From Blasia pusilla (Eukaryota): 64,000 bases of DNA. Made by a program: the position numbers and the translations under genes. The notes below the pieces were generated by a model. It saw nothing but the letters and a program-made list of their open reading frames with translations. It was not told the origin of the DNA and searched no databases. How positions within the stretch are numbered: position 1 is the first letter of the stretch; each line of letters starts with the position of its first letter. The stretch lies in contig CM114271.1 in assembly GCA_050084515.1 (NCBI GenBank), forward strand, positions 45,074,001 through 45,138,000. Reading direction: 5' to 3'. Positions 17,097 through 29,600 of the stretch are shown in pieces.

Positions 17097-18680
17097 TTTC
17101 ACCTCACACACAAAGATGGTTTTGAGACCCTTCTCCACATGGTCGTAAACGTGTGCACCCATGGTCAACCATCCATTTAACACCCTGTAGCAAATACCAA
17201 AGCTAACCTAGCTCCCAAATAGATCTTCTCTCTTCCTCATTCTGTCAATAAGATCGAGGCCGCTAGACGGCCTTGTAATAGATATTTTGAAGATAAAATC
17301 TCTAGATCCCTCACCTCCTTGGCCCATGAACTGCCATCTCTGAATGAATGGAAACAGTGAGTTGGCCTTGATCTTGGCAATGACATTCACCTTCGCGGTC
17401 TTTCCATCAAGTATTCGTATTTGACGCAAAGAGTTCTTGAAGCTTTGAGGATCTGCCAAGAATGCTAGATTTTCCCACAGTTGTTTCTCCTCAACTGCCG
17501 TGATCTCCCCTTGGTCAGGAATACCCAATAATTGTTCATAAATTTGTGATGCAGTTGTCAATTTGATCACTCTGGGCTTTGATCGTGGAGAATATTTGTA
17601 CACCTGGCCACTTTGTTTGCCACATCCTCCTTGATGTGGCTTTGAATTGCACCCGTGACAAGATGAGTTTGAGACCCAACATGAATTTCCAACCTTGTGT
17701 ACTCGGACGTAGAACTGTAGTGGTGCATTATGAAAAAATATAATCTTGACACGCTCTAACACAAAAAGGGAGGCTTGATAATGAGGACATCGATGGCTAC
17801 CCGACGGTATGGTCGTATCCACGGCGTAAAGAGTTTCTGAAATTTTGGGGGGGAATTATGACGTATTCACTACTCCGTTCCGCTCAAGGAAGGGGCATCC
17901 TGGACCTCTATACTCTAAGGCTCCAATGCATTGGCGACGAGATACAATCCAAGGACCATCTGGGATTGAAGCGCTCGTCTGCTGTAGTCTGCACCATTGG
18001 TGACAACCCGATTTTTGGTCCATACCCTTCAAGCGCCCTCCATCTTTCTTCTAAGCAGGACCCATAAGAGGAGGCAACTAAAAAATGCAGTTTCCATCAT
18101 ACCTTGCTTGAAGCTCATCCACGAGAATGTGCTTGAACAATTTCAAGTGAAGAGAAGAAAGCGAAGAATTCCCCGATACTCGAAGCAAGAATGAGTAAGC
18201 AGATGTTGGGTCTAACAGGTTTCCAACAAATCCTATGAGATCGACGACATCCAAAATGTCCACATCTTCAACCGTATTGTTGGTAGCTTGTGAGTTTGGA
18301 GTTGATGTTGGATCGGCCAAAGCAGCCGTGCCAAACGTGGAGCATGGAGCACTCAAAGTTTTCAGACCATCTTTATGAGTTGGAGAAGGCCTCAGAGGTA
18401 GGCCATAATTAAACTCTGAATTGTCCATTGGAGTAGGGTAAGAGGTTCCACACTTTGGACCCTCCAATCTCTGGTTGGATAGTTTCATCAATGAGGTCAT
18501 CCATTCCATCAGCCTTGACATCCTTGGATACAAAGATGGATCCAATCTTGAGCAGAAATCGGAGTGTTCTTCAACAATTACATGAGTTTCACAAGGTTGG
18601 GCTCAAAATTATCTCCAATTGAGGAAGGGCCGCTAGATGACTGCCACATGTGAGCTTCACATAATTGTCCATTTGGGTGA
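17097..18680 (-). pseudogene. MULE transposase, 5' portion, degenerate
   Basis: RYDGNCIF*LPP..GMDQKSGCHQW..CIGALEY..CPF; FIFKISITRPSSGLDLIDRMRKREDLFGS*VSFGICYRVLNGWLTMGAHVYDHVEKGLKTIFVCEVK (first catalytic Asp region, D mutated to G). Joins in frame to 2207 across the TSD. Confidence 0.75.
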
Positions 18681-18885
18681 GAGACCACAGATATGATTCG
18701 CCGAGATAGGAGAATAAGAATAAGAATGTTGAATTTATAGTGAACAATGTCCTTTATACTCTAACAAAATATCTCTGACATACAATTGGTAGTTAGGTTG
18801 AACCATCGCCAGTTGACTAGACTTGCCAGAAAGGAATATTTGGACATCCTTGCTCATGACATGGGAAAGATCTGCTAGGGGTCCT

Positions 18886-19544
18886 TCAACCCGTCAGAAT
18901 CCGACGGTTTGAATAGCTAGAGAGCCCGAAGGGGCTGACAGGGAAATCTGCAACCCCCTCTAAATTGGAAGGGTTGGAAGGGATAATTTAGGAAATTGCA
19001 ACCCGTTGAAGTCCGACGGGTTGGAAATCCTGAAGTAGGATGTCGATGGTATGACCCGTCGAGTTGAATTGACGTGAGTTTGGCCCGTCGGATTTCGTCC
19101 GGTCATTTTGCAATCCGTCGGACTCGACGGGTTGCCATTGCAAAGGTCCAAATGTCTTGGTCGGATTCGAGGCCGTGGGAGCGGCACATGGAATCGTGCA
19201 ACCCGTGGGGTCCGACGGGTTGCAAAATGACCAGACGGTATTTCAAGATACTCGTGTAAGCCGTTGGAGTCGAGGGGTTGCACAGGACCATTCTCGTCGA
19301 CTCTTGCAACTCATCAAACTTCGACGCTTTGCAGGAGTTGGGTAGGATTGGCCCCTGTCGGACTCGATAGCTTGCACCGATTTAGCGAGTTGGGTCTGTA
19401 CAACCCGTTGGAGTCCAAAGGGTTGCACGAACTAGGTAGGATGGACCTCGTGCAACCCTTCAGAGTCTGACGGGTTGCAAGTAGAGTCTCGAGCATATTG
19501 CCAAAGCGATGCTGTCGCAACCCGTCAAGCTCTGACGGGTTGCA
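18886..19544. repeat. Array 2 of ~12 copies of the 29-bp palindrome, between the two divergent MULE genes
   Basis: For example tgcaacccgtggggtccgacgggttgca (~19197), tgcaacccttcagagtctgacgggttgca (~19451) and gcaacccgtcaagctctgacgggttgca (~19517). Confidence 0.9.
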
Positions 19545-19915
19545 GCCGGCCCACGTGAAACATGCACCGTAACGGTCCACTGTCATACAACGGGTCGACG
19601 GTCGTTGTTACACCATCGGTTCACCGTCGCACCAACGGTCGAATCCAACGACTCCAAAAGTATATAAGGACCAATTTCGAGGCTTTTCATTTTTTTACAT
19701 TCTATGGTTTTCAGCTCTGCTTTCAACTCCCTTGTTCAGGTGCCTACCAAAATTGACTTTCTAGTTCCTCAGACATTTTGATGGTTGGTCTTTGTCTCTT
19801 CATTTGCGGGCTACTACGGTTGGTGGCGATGGTTCGGATTGAATTGATTTCCTTTAGAGGTAATGACGATTCAAGACTAAACCACTCGCGCAATGTTCGA
19901 TTATCGACTCTTTTC

Positions 19916-21109
19916 ATGATGACTCGCAAAAAATCCCAATCCAGCAAGGTTGGAAGCTTCTCTCCCAAGCCCGGTGGAACTCCCTCTTTAGGTGCGCGAC
20001 GCTCAGCCACAGATATACGGCGCGAGGAAATCGAGGAGCGCGACAGGGAAATCGAGATGAGGAAGTAGGAAATGGTAGTGAAGCAAGCTTTGTAGAAGCT
20101 CGGAAAGCAAGAGGCAAAGCGGGAAGCAAAATTGCTTGCGGAGGCGGAGAAGGCCGAGAAGAAACGCATGGAGGTTGAGATCAAGTAGAAGAAGAGGCAG
20201 GACGCGGCCTACCGAAAAGCCGAATTGGCAAAAGCTAGGAAGGAAAAGGTAGTGACTGTCAAAGAAGAACCCTCCCAACACCCATCGAGAGTGTCGAAAT
20301 GGAGAATGTTTCATCCATGAGGTCGAGTGGTCCTATGCAGGAGACCAACACCGACGAGCTTCTAGAGATCAACAAGGAAGCTCTTAGAATCCCATGTGTT
20401 GAGATCATGGAGATCTCGGAAGGAGAAGGAGAAGAGTCTTTTGCGTCTCAAAACCTTGTTGAAGAATTTGAATTGCTCGCAATTGAAGAGTTTCCAATGG
20501 ACTTGCCGGATGAGGCTCAGAACAGCTCGCTGGACTTGACACATACCCAATTTTTGAGCGGGTAAGCATTGTTCTACAGTTCTCTTTGAATTGCATTGCT
20601 TCCAATTGTAATGAAAATTAGAATTGACAATGGTGACATCCGCGTAGGTGATGAAGTAGATGGCAATGGTGGATGGCCCGAATGCCCCAAGGATTCCTCT
20701 CTGCTCACTCCAAACGATGGAATACGTTCAAGAAATCCAATCCGAGTAAGACATTGATAAGTTGAAGCAATATGTGGCAACTTCATATGTGGATAGCTTC
20801 CCACCTTTCTATGTTCAACCATATGATGAGCATGGAACCCAGGCTTTGGTAACCGAGGAAGACTTGGAGAGTCTGGATGCTTTTTGAAGACTGAGGGTCG
20901 TGGATTTCTAGAAGGCAATAGCAAGAATGCAGTACAAGTGGATGCAAAACTTGTACTTCTTCATCTAGGATGGCAACCACAGATTCATGGCGTGGTCACA
21001 GTTTGTAGCCAAACTCCCTCGAGGCTCATTTTTGCGTGAGGGAGGTGGTCCTCCATCCCTACCCAAATCACATGGCCACGGTGGAAATGGGCATGCACTC
21101 AATGAACAT
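19916..21109 (+). pseudogene. Accessory gene: N-terminal coiled coil and acidic linker plus a ParB/Sulfiredoxin-like (DGNHR) domain; predicted intron 20562-20647 and donor at 21110
   Basis: Frame from 20651: MVDGPNAPRIPLCSLQTMEYVQEIQSE*DIDKLKQYVATSYVDSFPPFYVQPYD..NLYFFI*DGNHRFMAWSQF (DGNHR at 20969-20983). After a frameshift it reads HFCVREVVLHPYPNHMATVEMGMHSMN|gtaagt. The upstream E/K/R/A-rich helix is interrupted only by TAG codons. The ORF track misses the ParB-like exon because of the stops. Confidence 0.6.
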
Positions 21110-21149
21110 GTAAGTATCCTGAAACTTTATTCCCGAATATATTACGGCT

Positions 21150-21778
21150 TCAACCCGTCGGACTCCCACGGGTTGATTCTTTAGTATTTAAAAAAAAAAT
21201 CATTAGCGAGATCATGATCAGTAACCCGTCGGAATCCGACGGGTTGCAAGAGAAAGACTTCCCTGCCGTATTTGCAATCCGTCGGACTTCCACGGATTGC
21301 ATTTGACTTCCTTAATTGAGTTGTCTGGCAACTCGTCAGAGCCCAAAGGGTTGCACATACTCGAGTGGAGCCAACCCAATATGACTGCACCTGCAACCCG
21401 TTGGAGTCCGACGTGTTGCATATTTGGTGGGAAAGGCCCTCATTTGAGTGGCCTTGCAACCCGTCAGAGTCCGACGGATTGCATGGCCACCCAAACAAGG
21501 AGTCATTCCTTAAAGATCATTCGAACCCGTCGGACTCTGACCGTTTGCAAAGCCCCTCAAACCAGCACCTTTCCTTCCCAATATGCAAGGTGTCCGCTCC
21601 AACGAGTTGCAAGGGTAGTCATAATGGGTTGGCTACACTCGAGTATGTGCAACGGTCGGACTCCCCACAGTCGCAAGAGTGGGGATGTCTTGCAACCCGT
21701 CGGACTCCAACGGGTAACAAATCCATGCAAATCGGGACCTTTCGTACAGAATATGCAACCCGTCTGACTCCGACGGGA
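21150..21778. repeat. Array 3 of ~11 copies of the 29-bp palindrome, just after the splice donor of the ParB-like exon
   Basis: Perfect core AACCCGTCGGAATCCGACGGGTT at 21223-21245. Other copies at ~21150, 21272, 21327, 21392, 21455, 21523, 21647, 21690 and 21754. Confidence 0.9.
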
Positions 21779-22460
21779 CTTGGAAGAGAGGGTATAAATT
21801 TTGATTAGGCCAAAATATAAGGAGGAAATAACCATTTAGGGTTGGTAGAGTCTCATGAAGGAAATGAAAATTGAGGATGGAGTTGCCAAAATTAGTCTAC
21901 GAAAATTGAAATGGACTTTGGTAAATAAGAGACCCTTAAAGTCATCCTTGAAACTCATTGGAGTCCCACACGTTGCAAGACATGAGAAGGGAAGCTAAGG
22001 CAAAGAAGCAACATCTCATGAAATCAGATCTTAATAAAGTATGGTTTGAATTCAATGGAGGAATGAGAGGGAACGCTTCTAATCTCATTTTTAGAAAGCA
22101 AGTGATCCATCTTTAGTATCCATTTATTATAGTTCTCCAATGAAGAAATTTCCTCCTTATGATACCCTAAACCCTAAAATACCCTCATGCTTTAGTAAAT
22201 CTGGCTTCCATAGAGAGTGATTTAAGCATGTCAGAAATGGTCTTCACATTTTCAAATAAGTTTCCTAGTCGGAAAAAATGATTATAGTTTGAGCCCCAAC
22301 CCGGTTGACTAGTAACTCTCTTTTAAATATTTCTTCCATTTCAAGTATTGGAGAATATTAAAAAATAGAAGAAGGGTTTGAAGAGAGGTTACGGATTTTT
22401 TCCTTTGCTTTGGAGAGAGACTCTACTCTCTTCATCTCTCCTACTAGAATACCAACCCCC

Positions 22461-24400
22461 GAGAGGCTGGCACATGGCATGTTTGACGCCACCTCTTACT
22501 AGTGTTCCTCGATGACAATGGATGTGCCCCAGATGTATATAGATCAAGTGGATACTAGGTAGTGATAGATCCAGACTTGTGTTTGTGACATGGATGATAA
22601 GAAGGTAACTAACGATGAGGCCACATGAGCACCCGACCTTTTTGCTCTTAGCGTCCTCGAGATGTGTGTTATGATAGATAGAGAAAGATGGCTATCTTGA
22701 GTTTGAGGGATCTAACCAACAGCTAGGGGGGCGATGGGAGATATTTTATTACTCGATCATCTTGATGTTTGGATGCTATGAGTTAGTATGATATCTTGTC
22801 TGTTTCTGTGAGCATTTAGTGACGGTAATGTATGTTGTGCATCATGTTAGGATTTAGAGTATGTGCACAATAATTGTCTCGTCTTTTATGATGGATCAAC
22901 GAGTTCACTGTAAGATGCGTTCAAGGATATTGGAGGACAACCTCAAAAGATCAAGGATAACCTATTTAGGCCTCCGGTAATCTGAAAGAGCAGGTTTTCC
23001 CTTTGTTTCAACTCGTTTCGAGCTAAATAGAAAAACTTGTTATTTTGGGTAAGTTATTGTTATAAGTAGAGTTGAATTTCCATTTTGGGAAGTTTTCGTT
23101 TATCCCCCCTATAGTAGATCAAGAGCCAAGGAGGTGACTTGGCACCATAGGTTACTATGGAGAGAGTTTGGGATAGGGAACGAGGTATACCCAAGGAGAG
23201 AGAGCTTTGGAGCTCATTCTCTTTTTGTTGAACCTCTTGGCATGGGGCAGAGGAACTATGGTCCTTCTTGCCCTGTGAGTTATCCAAGCCTCTCATTAGA
23301 AGAGTGGGTTTGGTTTGACATGAGAAAGACAAAGAGATGGATTTGTGAGCATATTGTGAAATATCATGATTTATTGGAGAAATTTTGGTACTCGATTGTC
23401 TCGATGTTTGGATATCATGAATAAGTATGGTATCTTGTGTTTATATGTATATTCAATAACAACGATGTATGTTGTGTAGTTGGCAATGTGCATGCGTACG
23501 ACAAATGGATGACAAGAAGGCGATTGACAATGAAGCCACTCGAGCACTTGGCCTTTTTGCTCTTAGCATCCTAGATATATGTGTCATAGTAGGTAGGGAT
23601 ATATGGGTATTTAGAGTTAGAGGGATCTAACCACCAACTAGGGGAATGATTGGAGATATTTTGGTATTCGATCATCTCAATGTTTAGGTGACCTGAGTTA
23701 GTATGGCATCTTGTATGTTTGTGTATTGGGTGACAACGATATATAATGTGTTGTGATATGTATTTGCACGACAATTGTCACATGTTTTGGGATGGATTGA
23801 CGAGTTTATAGTAGGTTTACTTTGAGGATATTGGAGGAGAGCCTCAAGACATAAAAAAATAACATACTTAGGCCTCACATAACTTGAGAGAGTAGGTTTC
23901 CCCTTCATTTCGGCTCGTTTGGAGCTAAATAGAGAAACTTAATTTTTCCGGTAAGCTATCATTATGAATAGAGTTGAATTTCCAATTTGGAGAGTAGCCC
24001 TTGACCCCCTATAGAAGGTCAAGAGCCAAGGAGGGGACTTGCGAGCATAGATTATGATGGAAAGAGCTTGGAAGAGGGAACAAGGTATACTCGAGGAGAA
24101 AGAACGTTGGAGCTCATTCTCTCTTTGTTGAACCTCTTGGCATGAGACGGAGGAGATATGGTCCTCCTTGCCTAGCCTCTCATTAGGAGAATGGGTTTGG
24201 TTTGACATAAGAGAGAGACATGGATTTATGTGCCCATTGAGAGAGATCTTGAATTGATCTTGGGGCGATTGGAGATATTTCTTTACTCAATCGTCTCGAT
24301 GTTTACATGCCATGAGTTAGTATGGTATCTTGTATTTTTTTTTTGTGTATTCGGTAAAACGATGTATGTTGTGTAGCAATGTGTATGCACACGACATCAT
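22461..24400 (+). mobile_element. Tandem remnants of the PHD-bearing Ty3/gypsy family (PHD tail, polypurine tract and 2-3 LTR-like units)
   Basis: 22461-22750 is homologous to 58990-59280 (GWHMACLTPPL..CPRC; agctaggggggcga). Units starting ~22736, ~23650 and ~24270 are similar to each other. Confidence 0.7.
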
Positions 24401-25381
24401 AGCTAGGACTCGGCATCGGTCTCTATTGCCGTGGCTTGCACCACGTACTCATTTGATAGATGTCTTGGTTGAATCCTCACCACAACTTCATGTCGGGTGA
24501 TAAATTAAGTAAGTCTTACTTGCTCCATCCAAGGATGTGTGTATCTTGAATGGGCAGTGCTCTACATCGCCCTTGTTAGGTCCAATCTTGTAAACATCGC
24601 GTTCTCCAACATGAATGGTTTTGCTCCCAAATCCAACAAGAGCTACCTCCATCCATGCAGCCCCACACATCCAACCATGATCCTCCATGTCCTTAGCTAC
24701 TTCATATGAGATCAATGCCACTGATTTGGCATAAGATAATGTCAATGTCATTTTGGCAATCTGATGTTGCAATTTCTCTATTTACGCATCCATCCCAACC
24801 TCACACCTAAAGTCTCTCTGAACTTATCTAGGTGGCGGACCTCTACCTCCTCCACAAGCATATCCACCATCTCCATAAGCAAACCCAACTCCTCGTTTCC
24901 CTACAAGACCAACAAGGAGCCGTAGGAAGAGAGGGAGAGAGGAGAGAGGAAAGAGGAAGAGGGGAAGAGAGGAAAATATTGTCAATCCAATTGCAAAGAG
25001 ATCACTTTTTTGGAGAGATGTTCTTGTGATTTGAAGAGAATTTCCTATAGGTTGAAGAGAGGGAGGATTTTGTTTTCATATTTTACATTTATGTTCCCTT
25101 TTCTTAGTCACTTCCTCAACATACTTTTTTCCTCTTCCCCACTATGGAAATCTTTCTTTATCCGACAGGTTGCACCATACATGAAACAGTCCTGTATCCA
25201 ATCATCACTCAGTATATAGTTACAAAATTGGAAACTTTATTGGAAGCACAAATGTGGAACAATTCATTCTTTCAATCCAAGGTCTGAAAAAATATTATGT
25301 TAAGCACACTGATGAAAGTTCAAGTTCATAGTGAACAACTTGGGATTTCCAAACTACACTATTAAACCTAATGTTGCATCC

Positions 25382-26070
25382 TCATAGTGGCTTGTTTAAG
25401 ATACTACGCACTTCCTTCACGGAAAAAATCGGTTGGTGGATTCCTACACTTAGGGGTGACTCTCTTAAAGCTACGAGCAAAACATAATACATGTGCTTAC
25501 AAGGGAAATACCTTTTCCCACTTGTCTCTCTTTGGACAAAGTCATCACACGAACATGTGAGAAAGCAACAAATGTATACAACATACATCTAAAAAACACT
25601 CCAATTTATGGTGTTATTGCTAACCCAATACATTCTTCCTATTCCATTCCCAACATGCACATCTCTTGCGACAATGACTTCCATGTTAGGCTTCGGAGAT
25701 GATATGATTTGCTTTGCCCTCTCCACCGATGGTCTACACATTCTGTTTCTCTTCACTCCATTTCTTGTTTCAAACAGAAATAGTGGATTGAGATCACCCA
25801 TCTTTTCAAGATACAAGTTGATATCAATCTTAGGTTGGATCCGAAATGCGAAGGACTTTGTAATACGAACGTGTTTTGAACTCCCTCCATCTACCAACCT
25901 AAACCCTGCACTTACAAGGAATCAAGGATGTCCACATCATCCTGAGTACAATTGGAACTTATAGCAATGGGCCAAATTGTGGGGGTTATTCCTTGAGCTC
26001 CAATGGCAAATGGGTAGGATTTTCTGAATGGGCATGATTCATTTGGACAAAAGAACTACATCAATTGATT
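25382..26070 (-). pseudogene. MULE transposase C-terminal fragment with SWIM zinc finger
   Basis: LTCSCDDF..PCKHMYYV (CxC..CxH). DGGSSKHVRITKSFAFRIQPKIDIN and the nucleotide sequence match 1-330. Confidence 0.75.
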
Positions 26071-26139
26071 CTGTCACGTCTTTACTCACTACCATAATTA
26101 TTGCCATTGTCCGCCTATATTTTGGGCCTTGTTGGCACT

Positions 26140-26600
26140 CTTGCTGTCCACTTTGCCTTTGCAATAGCAATTAAAGGTGACCCTCAATCCATCTCTTACT
26201 AGTATACGTGCCTCAAGGATGCAAAAGTCATAGTTATTGATGAGAGTTAAATGTTGACATCCCGTTTGCTACAAATAGTTTCCATGAGGTTACATCAAGT
26301 GCCTCTATTGCCAAATTTAAATTTGTTCCCAAAAAGGCTTCTCATGTTGGTTGGTGACCTTTCTCAAGTGCCTCAAGTTTTCCGGCAGATCATATGGACT
26401 ATCTTCACCATTCTAAACTACCATAGACGAATATTATTTATCGGAAACCATGAGAAATACTTATGATCCTATCTTTATGAGATTCCTTTCACATGTAAGG
26501 CATATAAGGCCAACACATCGTGATATAAATTCTCATTTGGGACATTGCTTCGTTGACGAAAATGATGTTGTCTACTTTTTGGATGGGAATTCACAAATTA
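26140..26600 (+). pseudogene. PIF1-type helicase fragment (Helitron remnant)
   Basis: TVHFAFAI..AKVIVIDES*MLTSRLL..LMLVGDLSQVPQV, matching SF1B motifs II and III. Confidence 0.65.
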
Positions 26601-29600
26601 CACCATTGCTCTCACGTCCATCTCCTTAATATTATTTATCGTTACGAAAAAAATATTTTTTATAAAATGCCCGAATAAAAAATTAGTGATGAATTTTCTT
26701 GAATTTATTTAAACTTGATTGATTAGTTACGATCTTTACGAATTCTCCATGTAACCTACCTACCCACTTATAATTACTTTCTCCCCACCCGCACACTCTT
26801 AAACAAGACGATTGTCATAATAGATATGGAATGCTGACAGGGGATCCATTCAAAACCTGATAAAGGGATAAAGTAATCGGAAACAACTAGATAGATGAAG
26901 CCGTGCAAAGAGGTGAGGCCAGAGAGTACGGACTACGGAGGCATCATCCTGATACTAAGTTAAGCGACTGAGTATTGAGCGACATATAGCACCACTCCGT
27001 ATTTCTGCGAACGCAGGAAGTAAGCAACTAAGCAGGAAAAAGCGGTAACTTTTGCGCTGATGTTTGCGAACCATCCAGAGTTTGTTGTGGACGGCATAAG
27101 GCCGTCATAGACAGGGTGATCAGTGGAGTGAATCCAGGACAAGCCTAATATAGTAGCCTTGGCGACGGAATTCCCATCGATCCTGCAGCCGCAGTATTAT
27201 CTCGACTCTTACAACCAGTGTGCGGCCCTATGAGAGGTTCCCTTCTGTCTCTTCTGGGCCGGTTTTGGCCCCGAATGGGAGCCATAAATGCTCTGTATTC
27301 TTTCTCTATTGTGAGGCCGAAGAGAGAGGGGTGGGACGGTAGTAACTATCACGGAGTTTGCGAACCATCCAGAGCAAGTTGTGGACGGCATCAGTGCCAC
27401 GGTGGATCCAGGACACTGCAGCCGAAGTATTATCTCGACTCTTAAACCTTGAGTGGCCTTTAAGAGGGGTGGGGAGGTAGTGGTTATCAAACACGTGTGG
27501 GGAGGTAGTGGTTATAAAAAACGTGGATAGACTAGATGGAAAGAAATCACATTTTCCGTCTGCAGAAGACTTTCTTTTGAGGCACTTGCGTATGCAGAAG
27601 ACTTTCTTTTGAGGTAAGGGAGAGTAAGGGACGTAATCAAACACGTGGATAACTAGGTAAAGAGGAAAAAACCAGGGAGAACGTAAGCGTGTAAGCGCCG
27701 TAACGAGGAGAATGAATCTTTAAAAGTTTTAGCTGCAACTAAAATCAGAATAAAAATCTCACTAAAATTGACCAAATAGCAGCCTGGTCATTTGCTGTTG
27801 GTGAGTTTCGTCGTTAGGGGGAATGCCCCTTCTTCCTTTTCTGGTCATGTTGGCTTCCAGTCCCCCCAAGAAGTGAGGCCAGGAGCGAGACTCGGTCAGG
27901 GTCAATTGCAGACCAGAGACAGCCAAAGTCTATGACAGAGGAGACCATTCCAAGAAAGAGCGTTTCCTCGTCGGAGGAAGAGAAGCGTCAACGCAGAGCC
28001 TAGGGCCCTAGACTCCGGTTCTTGGTCAGACCACTGGCTCTGTAGATCGTGACTTTCCACCCCTACATTTGCTGTGATCAATACCCGACAGAAGAACATT
28101 CCGTTCTTCCAAACTGTGTCCCTTCAGCAGTAATGGAACCTTTCCGAGAACGCATCGCCGATTCGCCGTCCGTTTGAGCCGAACTTGGCGTACGGACCTT
28201 CATTGAACGACGACGGTTAATTCTAGCCCGCAGTGCCGGAAACGAAGGATGGATAGATGCACTCAGACTTTAGCAGATCGATTTGGGACGAACGAATGGA
28301 TGCCGCGTGTCAGGATCAGGATCTTCCAGTGAGAAGAAAGTTCTTTTCCCAAGACTTGATTAAAAAAAACTTATTATTCATCTCAGGGAAATAACACCTA
28401 GTTTCCTTCAAAACTATCGAAATATTTTTCAATGATTAAATTTGAAAACGCCTCGTCAATAGAGTTCGTTACTTTCTTTTTCATTCTTTTCTCTCCTGCT
28501 CTCAAACCAAACAAAATGAACCCCAAGTTATATGATCGGTTTTCGGCTGCAACTGTCCGTTCTATGATCCTCCATGAAGCAGCAGCGCTGCAGCACTTGA
28601 TGGTAGGAAATCGTTAATGCCCTGACTTCCGATGCAAGTGTCGTCTCTGTGCTAACGACTTCCTGAGGGGAATGAATGAGCTCACATCCTTCGATTTTCG
28701 ATGGGTACAAATGTCGAGGAGCAGTGATCGAACATTTCAACTGGGAGTGCAATTCCTACGAACACCATTTACGAAAGGAGAATATTTGCGAGACTAACTA
28801 AGTGTTAAGCGTGAACTCGCACTCGGATTTTTGGTCTTCAGGAATTGCTTATCCTGGATCATTTGGTGCCATCTGTAATCAAGCTCCCCTCTGACAGAAT
28901 ACAGTCATAATGACGCTTCTGAGATTGCCTGTCTTGATCGAGACAGTGTTATGCGGTCGATCGAGATAGCGGTCTTTGCATCGCCAGAAATTGAATGGGT
29001 CAGAGTTTGGGGCATGACATGCACACCGTTTGTAAAAGTTAACTTTAGCAGATGAGTACATCCTAGAAACTGTAGAGCTCGGACGATGGTCCACCTATCG
29101 TGGAAAGAAAAGAAATTATCGCTAAGTACTGTGGCACATGACCATATCTCTGTAGCTAGATGTGCTTCAGCTGGCCAAACCCGAGACAAATTGAGGACAT
29201 CCACCCACATCCACTCACAGAGCAAAGCACTGATCAAATGTCAGCTGACCCGGCTTTTGGATGTCCGGGTTAGCTTTGAATATAGACCGATCAGTCAATA
29301 TCATATCTTTGGTGTTGAAGTTTGGTGTTGAAGTGTGGGACTGATGATGCTGTCCATAACTTCCTTAGGGTGTCTCAAACTAGTTTCGGACGTCCATGTC
29401 TGTATTAGGGCCACTCACTGCCGGAGTTGGGAGGGCCCCGGGAGTCGTGGCAACGGCAAATGAAGAAACGGGTACCTACACACGGCTCCCGTTTCCGGAA
29501 CGGCAATTTTTAGGGACGTCTTTCGGACGATACCAATTTTTAAATTATTGTTTAAAAAATTTATTATTATTATTCAATAAAGTCCATTCGTGTGGACTAC

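Noticed and set aside
18886-21778. Palindromic ~29-bp repeats with variable spacers resembling CRISPR arrays (also 1177-1728)
   Set aside because: The repeats are degenerate, spacer lengths vary widely, no cas genes are present, and the context is a eukaryotic transposon with spliceosomal-type introns.
26950-27500. Duplicated segments (gtttgcgaaccatccagag..gttgtggacggcat; gtattatctcgactctta)
   Set aside because: The local duplication is real, but no termini or protein motif could be assigned. It may be Helitron-related.
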